Source: an uncultured Gemmatimonadaceae bacterium
Lineage (GTDB): Bacteria > Gemmatimonadota > Gemmatimonadetes > Gemmatimonadales > Gemmatimonadaceae
Direction of reading: 5' to 3'
DNA: 64,000 nucleotides
NCBI GenBank assembly: GCA_963822945.1
Contig: CAWGJO010000012.1
Span: forward strand, 72,518-136,517
Shown here: positions 22,611-33,234 of the stretch, piece by piece
Position numbering within the stretch: position 1 is the stretch's first letter
Layout of the letters: each line of letters opens with the position of its first letter
The notes under the pieces: generated by a model
Seen by the model: only the letters and a program-made list of their open reading frames with translations
Told to the model about the DNA's origin: nothing
The model's database searches: none
Made by a program: the position numbers and the translations under genes

Positions 22611-22780
22611 ACCTTGTTGATCGCCGTTGATGGCCGTTGATGGCCGTTGATCGCCGTTGATCGCCGTTGATCGCCGTTGATCGCCGTTGATCGCCGCTAA
22701 TCGCTGTCGCACGCCGCTGCACGCTGTCGCACGCTGTCGCACGCCGCTCCTCGTCGTTTCACGGCGTTTCAACCCGCTTC
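22611..22780. repeat. 10-bp tandem array, T(C/G)GCCGTTGA drifting to ACGCTGTCGC and ACGGCGTTTC
   Basis: Seven near-identical units at 22621-22690; the 10-bp register persists to ~22780. Confidence 0.95.
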
Positions 22781-22894
22781 TGGAGTGCTTCCGACTCCCC
22801 GCAGTTTCGGTCCTGCGCCGTACCGGCCCTGCGTCGTTTCGGTCCTGCGTGGTATCGGCCCTGCGTCGTTTCTCGGTTTCGCCGCTTTTCGGTT
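22766..22894. repeat. Right arm of inverted repeat (one more 16-bp unit than the left)
   Basis: GG(C/T)CCTGCG units at 16-bp spacing; reverse complement aligns to 21990-22089. Confidence 0.9.
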
Positions 22895-22899
22895 CGTGG

Positions 22900-23922
22900 T
22901 TACGCCGTAGCCAACTCCCCTTTCAACATCCTCTCCGCCAACTGCACATCATCCCGGCTGCCGATGTACAACGGCGTCCGCTGGTGCAATTCCGTGGGCT
23001 GTACGTCGAGCACGCGGTTCGTGCCGTCGCTCGCCAGCCCCCCGGCCTGTTCCACGATGAACGCCAGGGGATTGGCTTCGTACAGCAGGCGGAGCTTGCC
23101 GTCGGGCGATTTGGTGTTGCGCGGATAGGCGAAGATTCCGCCGCCGAGCAGGTTGCGGTGGAAGTCGGCGACCAGCGATCCGACGTAGCGAATGCTCAGC
23201 GGCTTGCGGTCGCCCTCCAGCCCGCGGTAGCGACGCATCAGCAATCGCACCTCGTCGCTCCACAGTTGCTGGTACGAGTCGTTGACCGACAGGTACCGGC
23301 CGACGGGCGGGATCTGAATGTTGGGATGCGAGAGCAGGAACTCGCCGATCGACGGATCGAGGGTGAATCCGTGGGCACCCTGCCCCGTGGTGTACACCAG
23401 CATCGTGCTCGATCCGTAGATGACGTAGCCCGCCGCCACCTGGCGCCGCCCCGGCTGCAGCATGTCCTCCATGACCCCGTCGCGGCCGCGCGTGATCTTG
23501 GGGACCACCGAGAAGATGGTGCCCACCGGCACGTTCACGTCGATGTTCGACGATCCGTCGAGCGGATCGAAGAGCAGCGCGTACTTGCCGGTCTTGAACT
23601 CGCGCGGAATGGGGACGATCCCCTCTTCCTCTTCCGACGCCATGGCGCAGAGACGCCCCGTGTGGTCCATGGCCTTGACGATCGTCTCGTTGGCGAAGAT
23701 GTCGAGCTTCTGCTGGATCTCGCCCTGGACGTTTTCGTGGTTGGCTGAGCCGAGAATGTCCACCAATCCCGCGCTCCGCACCTTGTTGGTGATCAGCTTG
23801 GCGGCCAGTGCGAGATCGTACAGGATGTTCGACAGATCCCCGCTGGCGTCGGGATGCAGTCGTTCCTGCTCGATGATGAAGCGCTCGATGGTGACGACGG
23901 ACGTCGAGGAGTGATTGACCAC
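22900..23922 (-). CDS. fbp: Class I fructose-1,6-bisphosphatase
   Basis: [48 protein letters not shown] start with AGGA upstream. Confidence 0.96.
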   Translation of the reverse strand: MVNHSSTSVVTIERFIIEQERLHPDASGDLSNILYDLALAAKLITNKVRSAGLVDILGSANHENVQGEIQQKLDIFANETIVKAMDHTGRLCAMASEEEEGIVPIPREFKTGKYALLFDPLDGSSNIDVNVPVGTIFSVVPKITRGRDGVMEDMLQPGRRQVAAGYVIYGSSTMLVYTTGQGAHGFTLDPSIGEFLLSHPNIQIPPVGRYLSVNDSYQQLWSDEVRLLMRRYRGLEGDRKPLSIRYVGSLVADFHRNLLGGGIFAYPRNTKSPDGKLRLLYEANPLAFIVEQAGGLASDGTNRVLDVQPTELHQRTPLYIGSRDDVQLAERMLKGELATA

Positions 23923-23993
23923 GGGTGATCCTCGTTGGGGGGAGGAGAATGGGAAAGTGGACGGGTGTCGCGACCGGGGCAAGTCCGGCGCGG

Positions 23994-24455
23994 TCAGGCG
24001 TGCGCCGGCGGCCGTACGTGATCGAAGATCAGCTCGGTTTCGATGTGACCGACTTCGGGACGGGACAGGAAGCGGTCGAGCGCCAGGTCGCGGAGGTGTT
24101 GCGCGTCCTGCGCCACGACGTGCACGAGAAAATCGATCTCGCCGCTCACGTGATACACATCGACCACTTCCGGAATGGTGATCACGTAGTCGCGGAACGC
24201 ATCGAAGTTCTGCCGGGAGTGCTGGGGTAGCCGCACGGCAATCATGGCCTCGATGCCGTAGCCGAGCGCGGCGGGATTGACGACGGCGTGAAAGCCGAGG
24301 ATCGCGCCGCTCTGGACCAGGCGCCGGACCCGCTCGTGACAGCTCGACGGCGCGAGCCCCACCCGAGCGGCCAGTTCCTTGTTCGACAGCCGCGCATTGT
24401 TCGCGAGGGCGGCCAGTATCTCGCGATCCGTTTGGTCTAGAGGTCGATTTTCCAC
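23994..24455 (-). CDS. Lrp/AsnC-family transcriptional regulator
   Basis: [52 protein letters not shown]. Confidence 0.94.
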   Translation of the reverse strand: MENRPLDQTDREILAALANNARLSNKELAARVGLAPSSCHERVRRLVQSGAILGFHAVVNPAALGYGIEAMIAVRLPQHSRQNFDAFRDYVITIPEVVDVYHVSGEIDFLVHVVAQDAQHLRDLALDRFLSRPEVGHIETELIFDHVRPPAHA

Positions 24456-24464
24456 TGAAATTCC

Positions 24465-24506
24465 GAAATATGTTCGTTGGACAGAACGGTACACCGAACA
24501 GTATTC
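24465..24506. promoter_or_regulatory. Two putative Lrp-type boxes in a divergent promoter region
   Basis: GAAATATGTTC (24465) and GAACAGTATTC (24496), both GAA-N5-TTC, 31 bp apart in an AT-rich gap. Confidence 0.5.
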
Positions 24507-24537
24507 TACATATATGGAATACACCGAGGCAACCTCC

Positions 24538-25743
<1,206 letters not shown>

Positions 25744-27984
25744 CCGGTACGCTCCACGCGTCGCCGTCGACCGCGACGCGCAGTGAGTGGCCGTCGGTGC
25801 TGACCACGACCGTCGACTGGAGGTCGGTGCGCAGGACGCGCGCGCCGGCCGCCGCCAGCCGCCGCACCAGCAATGTCCCGGGTTGGCCGTAGCGGTTGCC
25901 CGCCCCCACCGACACCAGCGCCACGCGCGGCGCGACGGCGGCGAGCAGCGCGGGCGGCGTGTCGGCATCGCGACCGTGGTTGCCGACCTTGAGGACATCC
26001 GCAGCCAGCGCCCCACGGTCGTGGACGAGAAGCCACCGGACGGCGGCATGGCTCGCATCTCCGATCAGCAGCATGCGCACGGCGCCCACGCGGATGCGGA
26101 TGACGAGGCCTCCACCGCCCGCGCCGCGGCGGGTTCCCGCCCCCGCGGAGTCGGGGCCGAGAAAGGTGAGCGTCACCTCGTCCACGACCAGCGAATCGCC
26201 GGCCTCCGCTCGCCGCCAAATGACTCCCGCGGCCCGCGCGGCCAACAGCGACGCGCGGTAGGCGTCGCCTCCTCGTGTGGCGGTGTTGTCGAGGAAGTAT
26301 TTCGGCCGGAGTGCCTGAAGCACGCTCGCCGCGCCCCCGGCATGATCGGCGGCCGGACTGGTGAGCACGAAGGCCACGAGACCGCCGCCCCGCCGAGCGA
26401 GATACGGCACCACGGTCGACCGCCCGGCATCGCCACCCCGCCAGCGCGGACCGGCGTCCACCAGCACCCAATGCCCGCGCGCGGTGCGCAGCGCGATCGC
26501 GTCGCCCTGCCCCACGTCGATCATGTGCAATTCGGTTCGCCCGCTGCCGGCCGGCGCCACCGGAGTCCACACGAGGAGCGTCAACGCGGCGGCGGCGAGC
26601 ATGAGGGCGCGCCCCGGGAAGCGACTCACGCACGCGGCAACCAGCGCCGCCGCGAACACTCCCCCGAGCGCGACAGCGGCGGTGGAGGGCGCCACGGCAA
26701 TCGACGCGCCCGGTACGGATGCCGCCGTCGCGGCCACGAAGCTGAACGCGCGGAGCAACGGGTGCGCCGCGTCGGCGAACCACCGCGCCACGACGCCGAC
26801 CGGTGACAGCGCGAGCGCCAGGAACATGATCGGCTGGGCAACCGCCATGATCGGCGCTGCAAGCACGTTTGTGATGGGACCGATGAGGCTGAGCCGCCCG
26901 AAGTACCAGGCGACGAGCGGGGCGGTGACGGCGGCGGCCATCGTGGACGCCAGCGCCGTGCCGGCCACGCCCCGCGTCACGCCACGGAGTCGCGCCATCA
27001 GGGGCCACCGCCCCGCCAGACGGGCGGCGCCGATCAGCGCGGCCACGCCGGCGACGCTCAACTGGTAGCCGACCGCGGTCACGGCGCGGGGGTCGACGAG
27101 CGGGATGGCCGCGCCGATGGCCAGCACCGCCCACGGCGACGTGGGTCGCTGCCACCATCGGGCGAGTGTCCAGACCCCGAGCATCACGGCGGCGCGCAGC
27201 GCCGGCGGGGGTGCGCCGAGCATGGCCACGTAGGCCCCGATCACGACGAGCGTTGCGGCATTCGCCCGGCGGCGCGACAGCCGGAGGAGCTGGAAGACCA
27301 GATCCACCGCCACGGCGATGAGGGCCACGTGCAACCCGGAGATCGAGAGCATGTGCGACAGGCCCGCGGCCGCGTAGCGGTTGCGCAATTCGGCGGGCAG
27401 CGCCCCGCCGATCGGCCACCAGGAGGGCACGCGCCAGCGGCGCGTCGGCGCCGAAGAGCGAGTCCACCCGGCGTCCGGCTGCGGCCCGCCAGCGCGTGAG
27501 CACGGGCCCGGGGCGAACGTCACGCAGGACCGCATCCTGGATCAGCAGGCCGCGGGGCGTGGAGACCACCCGTCCCGACGCGACCGCGGCGAACCCCGGA
27601 CCGGCACTTCCCCGGGCGACCGCCAACGAGACGGCCACCGGACACGCCGCCGCACGGGCGCGGGCGAATGCACCGGGCGACGCCGCGGTCTGCAGCAGCA
27701 CGGGCACGCCGCGCATGCGCCGCCAGCGCCCGGCGGCATGCCACGTCGGATCGGGCCGTGGCGCTTGCGAGGAGCGCGCCGCCACACACGAGGAGCCCCA
27801 GCGCCGCCGGGATCGCCCGCTGGGTGTGCACGCTCCAGAGCACGCCGGCGATGGCGGCGAGGGCCGGCACCGCCACATGGCCGTTGAAGCCGAGCAGCAG
27901 CCCGGCAACGTAGGTGAGGACTCCGAGAGCCGAGAGCGGCATGGCGCGGCGAGACCAGGAGGTGCCGCCGCGGGCCGGAGCGAC

Positions 27985-28272
27985 CTAGGGTGCCGGCGTC
28001 CCCTCAGGCGGCAGGTCGTGCCGCGGCGAGGCTGCGACGCGGCGCATCGCGTCCATGACCTGCACGGCCAGTTCCGTGCGGCCCTGATCGCTGCGCAACG
28101 CCAGGTTGGCCAGCGCCCAGCCCTGGGCGGTGTTGGCGTATCGAGGACGAAGCTGGTTCAGCACGTACGTCGCAACGTCATCCGCGCATTGCGCGCAGGT
28201 ACAATACGGCCCGCCCCGCTGGAGCAACTCGGCGTGGATCTCGCGCACGACCTCCTCCACGAGGTTCTTCAT
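27985..28272 (-). CDS. ComFB-family protein
   Basis: MKNLVEEVV...CTCAQCADDVATYVLNQLRPRY...VAASPRH matches the ComFB pattern (N..E, CxCxxC..D, LN.LPxRY, PRH). Confidence 0.85.
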   Translation of the reverse strand: MKNLVEEVVREIHAELLQRGGPYCTCAQCADDVATYVLNQLRPRYANTAQGWALANLALRSDQGRTELAVQVMDAMRRVAASPRHDLPPEGTPAP

Positions 28273-29612
28273 CCGGCCATGGGGAGCGGCGCGCGCTCGG
28301 GTACGATGGTTCCGGTGAACGTCGATCCGGTGGTGCCGGTGAGTTCGACGGTGAAGTACTGCCCCAGCTGCCGCTCGTCGCCGGGCACGAGGACGGTCTT
28401 GAAATCCCGCGTCCGCGCCTGCACCAGCCCCTCGCCGCGCCGCGCTTCCTTCTCCACCAGCACCTCCACGCGCCGCCCCAGCGATCCGAGGTTCTGTGCG
28501 CGGGACCCGCCGCGCACGGTATCGACCAGCCGGGCCAGCCGCTCGGCCGCCGCCTCGTCGCTCACCGTATCGGCGCTCGGCATGCGCGTGGCCGGTGTCC
28601 CCTCGCGTGGCGAGAACTTGAACGTGAACGCGTCGGCGAACCCGATCTCGCGCACGGCGCTGAGCGTCTCCTCGAAATCGGCTTCGGTCTCGCCGGGGAA
28701 CCCGACGATGATGTCGGTGGTGAGGCTGAGCCCGGGAATCGCGGCCCGCAGCCGTGACACGCACTCGAAGTACCCCTCGCGCGTGTAACGCCGGAGCATG
28801 CGCTTGAGCACGCGCGAACTTCCCGACTGCATGGGAAGATGGACGTGCTCGCAAACCGTGGGAACGTCCGCCATCGCCTCGATCACCCGGTTCGTGAAGT
28901 CGTTCGGGTGCGGGCTCGTGAAGCGGACGCGCCGGATCCCGGGCACGGCGCCAACGGCCCGGAGCAGATCGGCGAAGTCGTGCGTGCCGTCGTGGTACGA
29001 ATTCACCGTCTGGCCCAGCAGCACCACCTCGGTCATGCCGTCGGCCGCGACGTCGGCCGTCTCGCGGACCACATCGGCCAGCGCGCGGCTGCGCTCCGAG
29101 CCGCGCGTCGTGGGCACGATGCAGTAGGTGCAGCGGTAGTCGCAGCCGCGCTGCACGGGGATCCACGCCTTGACCTTGTCGAACCGGCGGGGCGTGAAGT
29201 CCTCGTAGTGCTCCTCGAGATCGAAGCTCGTGGCGACGGCCCGTTCACCACGCCGCGCCCCGTCCACGAGCGCCGGCAACGCGCGGTAGCCGTCGGGACC
29301 GATCACGAAGCTCACGTGGCGCGCAGAATCGAGCAGGCGGGGACCGAGGCGCTGCGCCATGCAGCCCGTGACGCCCACCACCGAGCCCGGCTTCATGTCA
29401 CGCTTGAGTTCACCCAGCCGGCCGATCACCCGCTGCTCCGCATGATCGCGGATGGCGCAGGTATTCACGAGAATCACGTCGGCGCTCCGCGGATCGGGCG
29501 CCAGCGCGTACCCGCCCGCCACGAGCGATCCGAGCATGAGTTCGGAATCGCTCACGTTCATCTGGCACCCGTAGGTCTCGATGTAGACGGTGGGTTGCGT
29601 GGTGGCGGTCAT
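28269..29612 (-). CDS. miaB: tRNA-2-methylthio-N6-dimethylallyladenosine synthase
   Basis: TYGCQMN, NTCAIR, GCDYRCTYC, LGQTVN, FTSPHP, C-terminal TRAM. Confidence 0.95.
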   Translation of the reverse strand: MTATTQPTVYIETYGCQMNVSDSELMLGSLVAGGYALAPDPRSADVILVNTCAIRDHAEQRVIGRLGELKRDMKPGSVVGVTGCMAQRLGPRLLDSARHVSFVIGPDGYRALPALVDGARRGERAVATSFDLEEHYEDFTPRRFDKVKAWIPVQRGCDYRCTYCIVPTTRGSERSRALADVVRETADVAADGMTEVVLLGQTVNSYHDGTHDFADLLRAVGAVPGIRRVRFTSPHPNDFTNRVIEAMADVPTVCEHVHLPMQSGSSRVLKRMLRRYTREGYFECVSRLRAAIPGLSLTTDIIVGFPGETEADFEETLSAVREIGFADAFTFKFSPREGTPATRMPSADTVSDEAAAERLARLVDTVRGGSRAQNLGSLGRRVEVLVEKEARRGEGLVQARTRDFKTVLVPGDERQLGQYFTVELTGTTGSTFTGTIVPERAPLPMAG

Positions 29613-29647
29613 GAATCCTGGCCGGGGTACACGACAAGATAGCGCCG

Positions 29648-30877
29648 TCACGCGGCGACGAGCGACCCGTCGGCGGCCGCCCGCAACTGGCCGACGAACC
29701 GGAGGCCGCGCGGCAACGCCGGATCGGCCAGACCGACGGTCAGGTAGTCCTCGGTCAGCCCGTGTCGGCTCGATCCGCGCCCGACGACCACCACGTCGGC
29801 GGACGACCCCGTGCGCGTCGCCGCGTAGGCGTCTGCCTTCCGGTCGGCCAGCGCACGCAGCTCGGCGGCCCGCGTCCCGGCCAGACCGGGGCGCACGGGT
29901 TCCGGGAGATGTTCGGCCGGCGTGCCGGGCCGCGGCGAGAACGGAAAGACGTGCAGGTAGGTGAACGGCAGTTGCTCGCAGAGTGACAGCGTGTCGGCAT
30001 GATCACGATCGGTCTCGCCGGGAAACCCGGCGATGACGTCCGCCCCGAGCCCGAACGCCGCGCATCGGGAGGCGATCCGCTCCACGGCGCGCGCGTAGCC
30101 GGACGGGGTGTACCAGTGGCGCCCCATCCGCCGCAACAGACGGGCGGACCCCGATTGCAGCGGCGCGTGGAGGAACGGCGTGAGCCGCCCGTCGCCCGCC
30201 GTGAGCAACTCAGCCAGCCGGTCGTCCACCTCGGTGGCCTCCACCGAAGACAGTCGGAATCGCGCGCCCGAGACCTCCCGCGCGAGGCGTTCCACGAGCT
30301 GGCCGAGCGACGACCCGATATCGGCGCCGTAGCTGCCGATGTGGACGCCGGTGAGCACGATCTCGGGATGGTGCTCGGCCAGTGCGATGGCCTCCCGCAC
30401 GATCTCCTCCTCGGAGCGGCTGCGATTGCCGCCGCGAGCCAGCCGGGTGGTGCAGAAGGTGCAGTGTTCGTCGCACCCATCCTGGATGCGGAGCAGGGCC
30501 CGCGTGCCCTGCTGCCGGCGGAGCGCCGGTGCGACGGCATCGATCCCGAGCGCCCGCGCCACGCCCGCCACGTCACCGCCCGCCACGACGTGCGCCACCG
30601 ACGGCAGCGCGCGCAAGGCCGCCTCGCGATCCTCGAGCCCGGCCACGCACCCCATCACGACACTCCGCAATCCAGGGGCGCGACGGGCCGCGCGCCGCAC
30701 CGCGCCGCGCAGATCCGCCTCGGCGTTGGCCGTGACGGCGCAGGAGTTGAACACCGCGCAGTCGGCGAGCTCCGCCGATCGAACGACGCGGTGTCCCGCC
30801 GCCGTGATCGCCGCGTGCAGCGCTTCGGTGTCGGCATGGTTGGCGCGACAGCCGAAGGTGCGCAGAAAGACGTTCAC
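29648..30877 (-). CDS. mtaB: Radical SAM methylthiotransferase, MtaB-like
   Basis: TFGCRAN, NSCAVT, IQDGCDEHCTFC, EIVLTGVHIG, HVFPFSPRPGT. Confidence 0.85.
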   Translation of the reverse strand: MNVFLRTFGCRANHADTEALHAAITAAGHRVVRSAELADCAVFNSCAVTANAEADLRGAVRRAARRAPGLRSVVMGCVAGLEDREAALRALPSVAHVVAGGDVAGVARALGIDAVAPALRRQQGTRALLRIQDGCDEHCTFCTTRLARGGNRSRSEEEIVREAIALAEHHPEIVLTGVHIGSYGADIGSSLGQLVERLAREVSGARFRLSSVEATEVDDRLAELLTAGDGRLTPFLHAPLQSGSARLLRRMGRHWYTPSGYARAVERIASRCAAFGLGADVIAGFPGETDRDHADTLSLCEQLPFTYLHVFPFSPRPGTPAEHLPEPVRPGLAGTRAAELRALADRKADAYAATRTGSSADVVVVGRGSSRHGLTEDYLTVGLADPALPRGLRFVGQLRAAADGSLVAA

Positions 30878-32076
30878 GCCGTCACGCCGGGCGCGGCCGT
30901 CGGCGGCGTATTGCGCGGCGGCGGCTTGAGCGGGATGATGAAATGGAAGGCGCTCCCCTGCCCCGCGCCGGCACTCTGCACCCAGATCCGTCCGCCGTGG
31001 GCGCCCACGACCAGCTTGCAGAACGCCAGGCCGAGCCCCGACCCGCGCAGCCGCGGTGCGTTGGGCGTGTGCACCTGCTCGAATTTCCGGAAGATGACCT
31101 CCTGATATTCCGGCGGGATGCCCGGGCCGTTGTCGGCCACCGTGAACAGCAGGCGGTCCCCGTCGCGCCGGACGCTCAGTTGGATGGCCACGGGCTGCGA
31201 CGAATGGGATATCGCGTTCTGCAGGAGATTGCCGAGCACGCGACGCAGCAGCGGCTTGTCGCCCTCGAAGATGGGCGAATCGTCCGCCACGTCGACGGTG
31301 GCGGTGGACTGCGCCTGCTGCAGGCGCGTGCTCCATTCGTACACCACCTCGTTGAGCAGGGCGGCGGGCGCGATGGGCTCGAGCTTGAGCGCCACCGTGG
31401 TCTCCTCGATCCGCCGGATCTCGAGCAGATCCTCGATCAGGGCCAGCAGGTCCTCCGCCTTCCCTTCCGATTCCAGCAGGGCACGACGCTGGGCCTCGGT
31501 GAGCGGGCCGAAGTCCTCGTCGAGCAGCATCTCGAGGTTGGCGAGGACGCTGGTCAGCGGCGACTTGAGGTCGTGGACGATCATCTTCATGAGATCGTCG
31601 CGCAGCTTCTCCAACTCGCGCATCTTGCGCGAACTCTCCTCGAGTGCATCCATCGCGCCCTTGAGCCGCAGCAGGCTGCGCACACGCGCGCCGAGCACCA
31701 GACGGTTGTGCGGCTTCGTGAGGAAGTCGTCGCCGCCCGCCTCGATGGCCTTCACGCGGTCGGTGGTATCGCTGAGCGCGGTGACGAAGATGACGGGAAC
31801 GCGCGCCGTGCGCGGATCGCGTTTGATACGCCGGCAGACCTCGAACCCGGTGCTGCGATCGTCACAGCCGAGATCGCCGGCCGGCATCGCGACATCCAGG
31901 ATGCACAGGTCCGGACGGTGGTCGAAGGCCGCCTGAACGCTGGTGGGGCCGTCGGTAGCGGCGATGGCGCGGAACCCCAGCACGTGCAACTGGTCGAACA
32001 GCAGTTCGACGTTGGCCTCGACGTCGTCGGCGACGAGGATCAGTGGCGCTTCGGCGGACGGGGTTCTCGTCTCCAC
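30874..32076 (-). CDS. Hybrid receiver-histidine kinase
   Basis: REC domain (ADD, LDVAMP, FLTKP), HDLKSPL H-box, NLLQNA, DNGPG, GLGLAFC. Confidence 0.93.
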   Translation of the reverse strand: METRTPSAEAPLILVADDVEANVELLFDQLHVLGFRAIAATDGPTSVQAAFDHRPDLCILDVAMPAGDLGCDDRSTGFEVCRRIKRDPRTARVPVIFVTALSDTTDRVKAIEAGGDDFLTKPHNRLVLGARVRSLLRLKGAMDALEESSRKMRELEKLRDDLMKMIVHDLKSPLTSVLANLEMLLDEDFGPLTEAQRRALLESEGKAEDLLALIEDLLEIRRIEETTVALKLEPIAPAALLNEVVYEWSTRLQQAQSTATVDVADDSPIFEGDKPLLRRVLGNLLQNAISHSSQPVAIQLSVRRDGDRLLFTVADNGPGIPPEYQEVIFRKFEQVHTPNAPRLRGSGLGLAFCKLVVGAHGGRIWVQSAGAGQGSAFHFIIPLKPPPRNTPPTAAPGVTA

Positions 32077-32085
32077 GGCGCGCCG

Positions 32086-33234
32086 TTACGGACGGATGGT
32101 GAAGCCCATACTCAGGGTCCACGCCTGTTCGGAGATCCCGATGCCGGCACTGCGCGATGCGTGCACGCCCGCGATATCGAACAGGGCATGCCCCTGGGCG
32201 AGTGTGATGCCCAGGCCGCCGGTGAACGAGGCCTCGTGCACCTGATGGCCGTCGGCCGGAAACGGCAGATTCCGCAGGCGCGTGCCGAGGCGAAGCGCGA
32301 GTGGATACCCGCCCACCCGCGGTCCGACGAATTCGGCGCCGAACGACGTGTCCCAGGAACTCTTGGCCGCGCCGGACGCTGAATCCATGTTGCCGAGCGC
32401 CGACCAGCGGTCGTACGCCGTGCGGAACGCCAGCGTGGTGCCGCTGAACCCGTTGAAGGCGACGCCGAGACCGAAGCGATCGGGCACGCGCGCCGACTCG
32501 AGGAGCGTGTCGCCTATGCTCTGAGTGAGCTTGCCGCCGCGCCGGTACGAAAGCGCAATGCCGCCCAGCGACGGTTCGAGGACCTCGATCCCGGCGGAAA
32601 GCGCATTGCCCGAGTAGGTGTTGGAGACGGTTTCGAGCGTGTTGCCGTACCGCACGGTGTCCTGGAACGTCCGCCGGATCTGCACCACGTCACGGCCATT
32701 CACGGCGTGCATGGCCACGCCGGCGCGGAGCCAGGGGCGGAACTCGTACGCGACGGTGAACGCGAGGTCGTTCACCGAGCCGTCGCTCTTGGTGGTCGAA
32801 TTGAACGCCACGCTATCCCCGCGAATCAGCTGATTCTGGGGAGTCGTCGTCTCCCAACTCCGGTCGAGCAGCGTGGCCGAGGACGCGCCGAGCATCAGGT
32901 GGTCGCCGAAGGGCAGTGCCGCGACGAACACCGGGAAGCGCTGCGTGCTCGAGTTGGCGGACTTTCCGTTCTGGGTCACCTTCCGGAATTCGGGCTCCAG
33001 TTGCATGGAAAGCGCCGGGGCGCCGAACTCGATGATGGCCGCCGGATTGAGCGCCGACGTGGGGTCCATCTCCCCCAGCGCGCCTCCGGCGCCCAACGAG
33101 CGCGCGCTCAGCGCGCCCGGCGGATAGCCGAGGCCCTGGACGCTCAGATTGCCCTGGGCAAGGACCGCCGCCGGGAGGAGCAGCGCGAGCAGCGCCGCCG
33201 CCGCAAGGCGGGGCGCGAAGTGACGCGCGGTCAT
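32086..33234 (-). CDS. Outer-membrane beta-barrel hypothetical protein (FadL-like N-terminus)
   Basis: Signal peptide; ARSLGAGG...NPAA; ends WTLSMGFTIRP. Confidence 0.7.
   Translation of the reverse strand: MTARHFAPRLAAAALLALLLPAAVLAQGNLSVQGLGYPPGALSARSLGAGGALGEMDPTSALNPAAIIEFGAPALSMQLEPEFRKVTQNGKSANSSTQRFPVFVAALPFGDHLMLGASSATLLDRSWETTTPQNQLIRGDSVAFNSTTKSDGSVNDLAFTVAYEFRPWLRAGVAMHAVNGRDVVQIRRTFQDTVRYGNTLETVSNTYSGNALSAGIEVLEPSLGGIALSYRRGGKLTQSIGDTLLESARVPDRFGLGVAFNGFSGTTLAFRTAYDRWSALGNMDSASGAAKSSWDTSFGAEFVGPRVGGYPLALRLGTRLRNLPFPADGHQVHEASFTGGLGITLAQGHALFDIAGVHASRSAGIGISEQAWTLSMGFTIRP

Noticed and set aside
22465..22772. Small ORFs with AINGDQRRST repeats
   Set aside because: They are translations of the 10-bp array, overlap the four-helix gene antisense and have no evident RBS.
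22611..22780. CRISPR array
   Set aside because: Units are contiguous 10-mers with no unique spacers, and there are no cas genes.
22202..22894. Diversity-generating retroelement (Avd-like gene)
   Set aside because: No reverse transcriptase and no template/variable repeat pair differing at adenines in the window.
21990..22894. Classical insertion sequence
   Set aside because: The enclosed ORF has no DDE, HUH or recombinase motifs, and no target-site duplication is visible.
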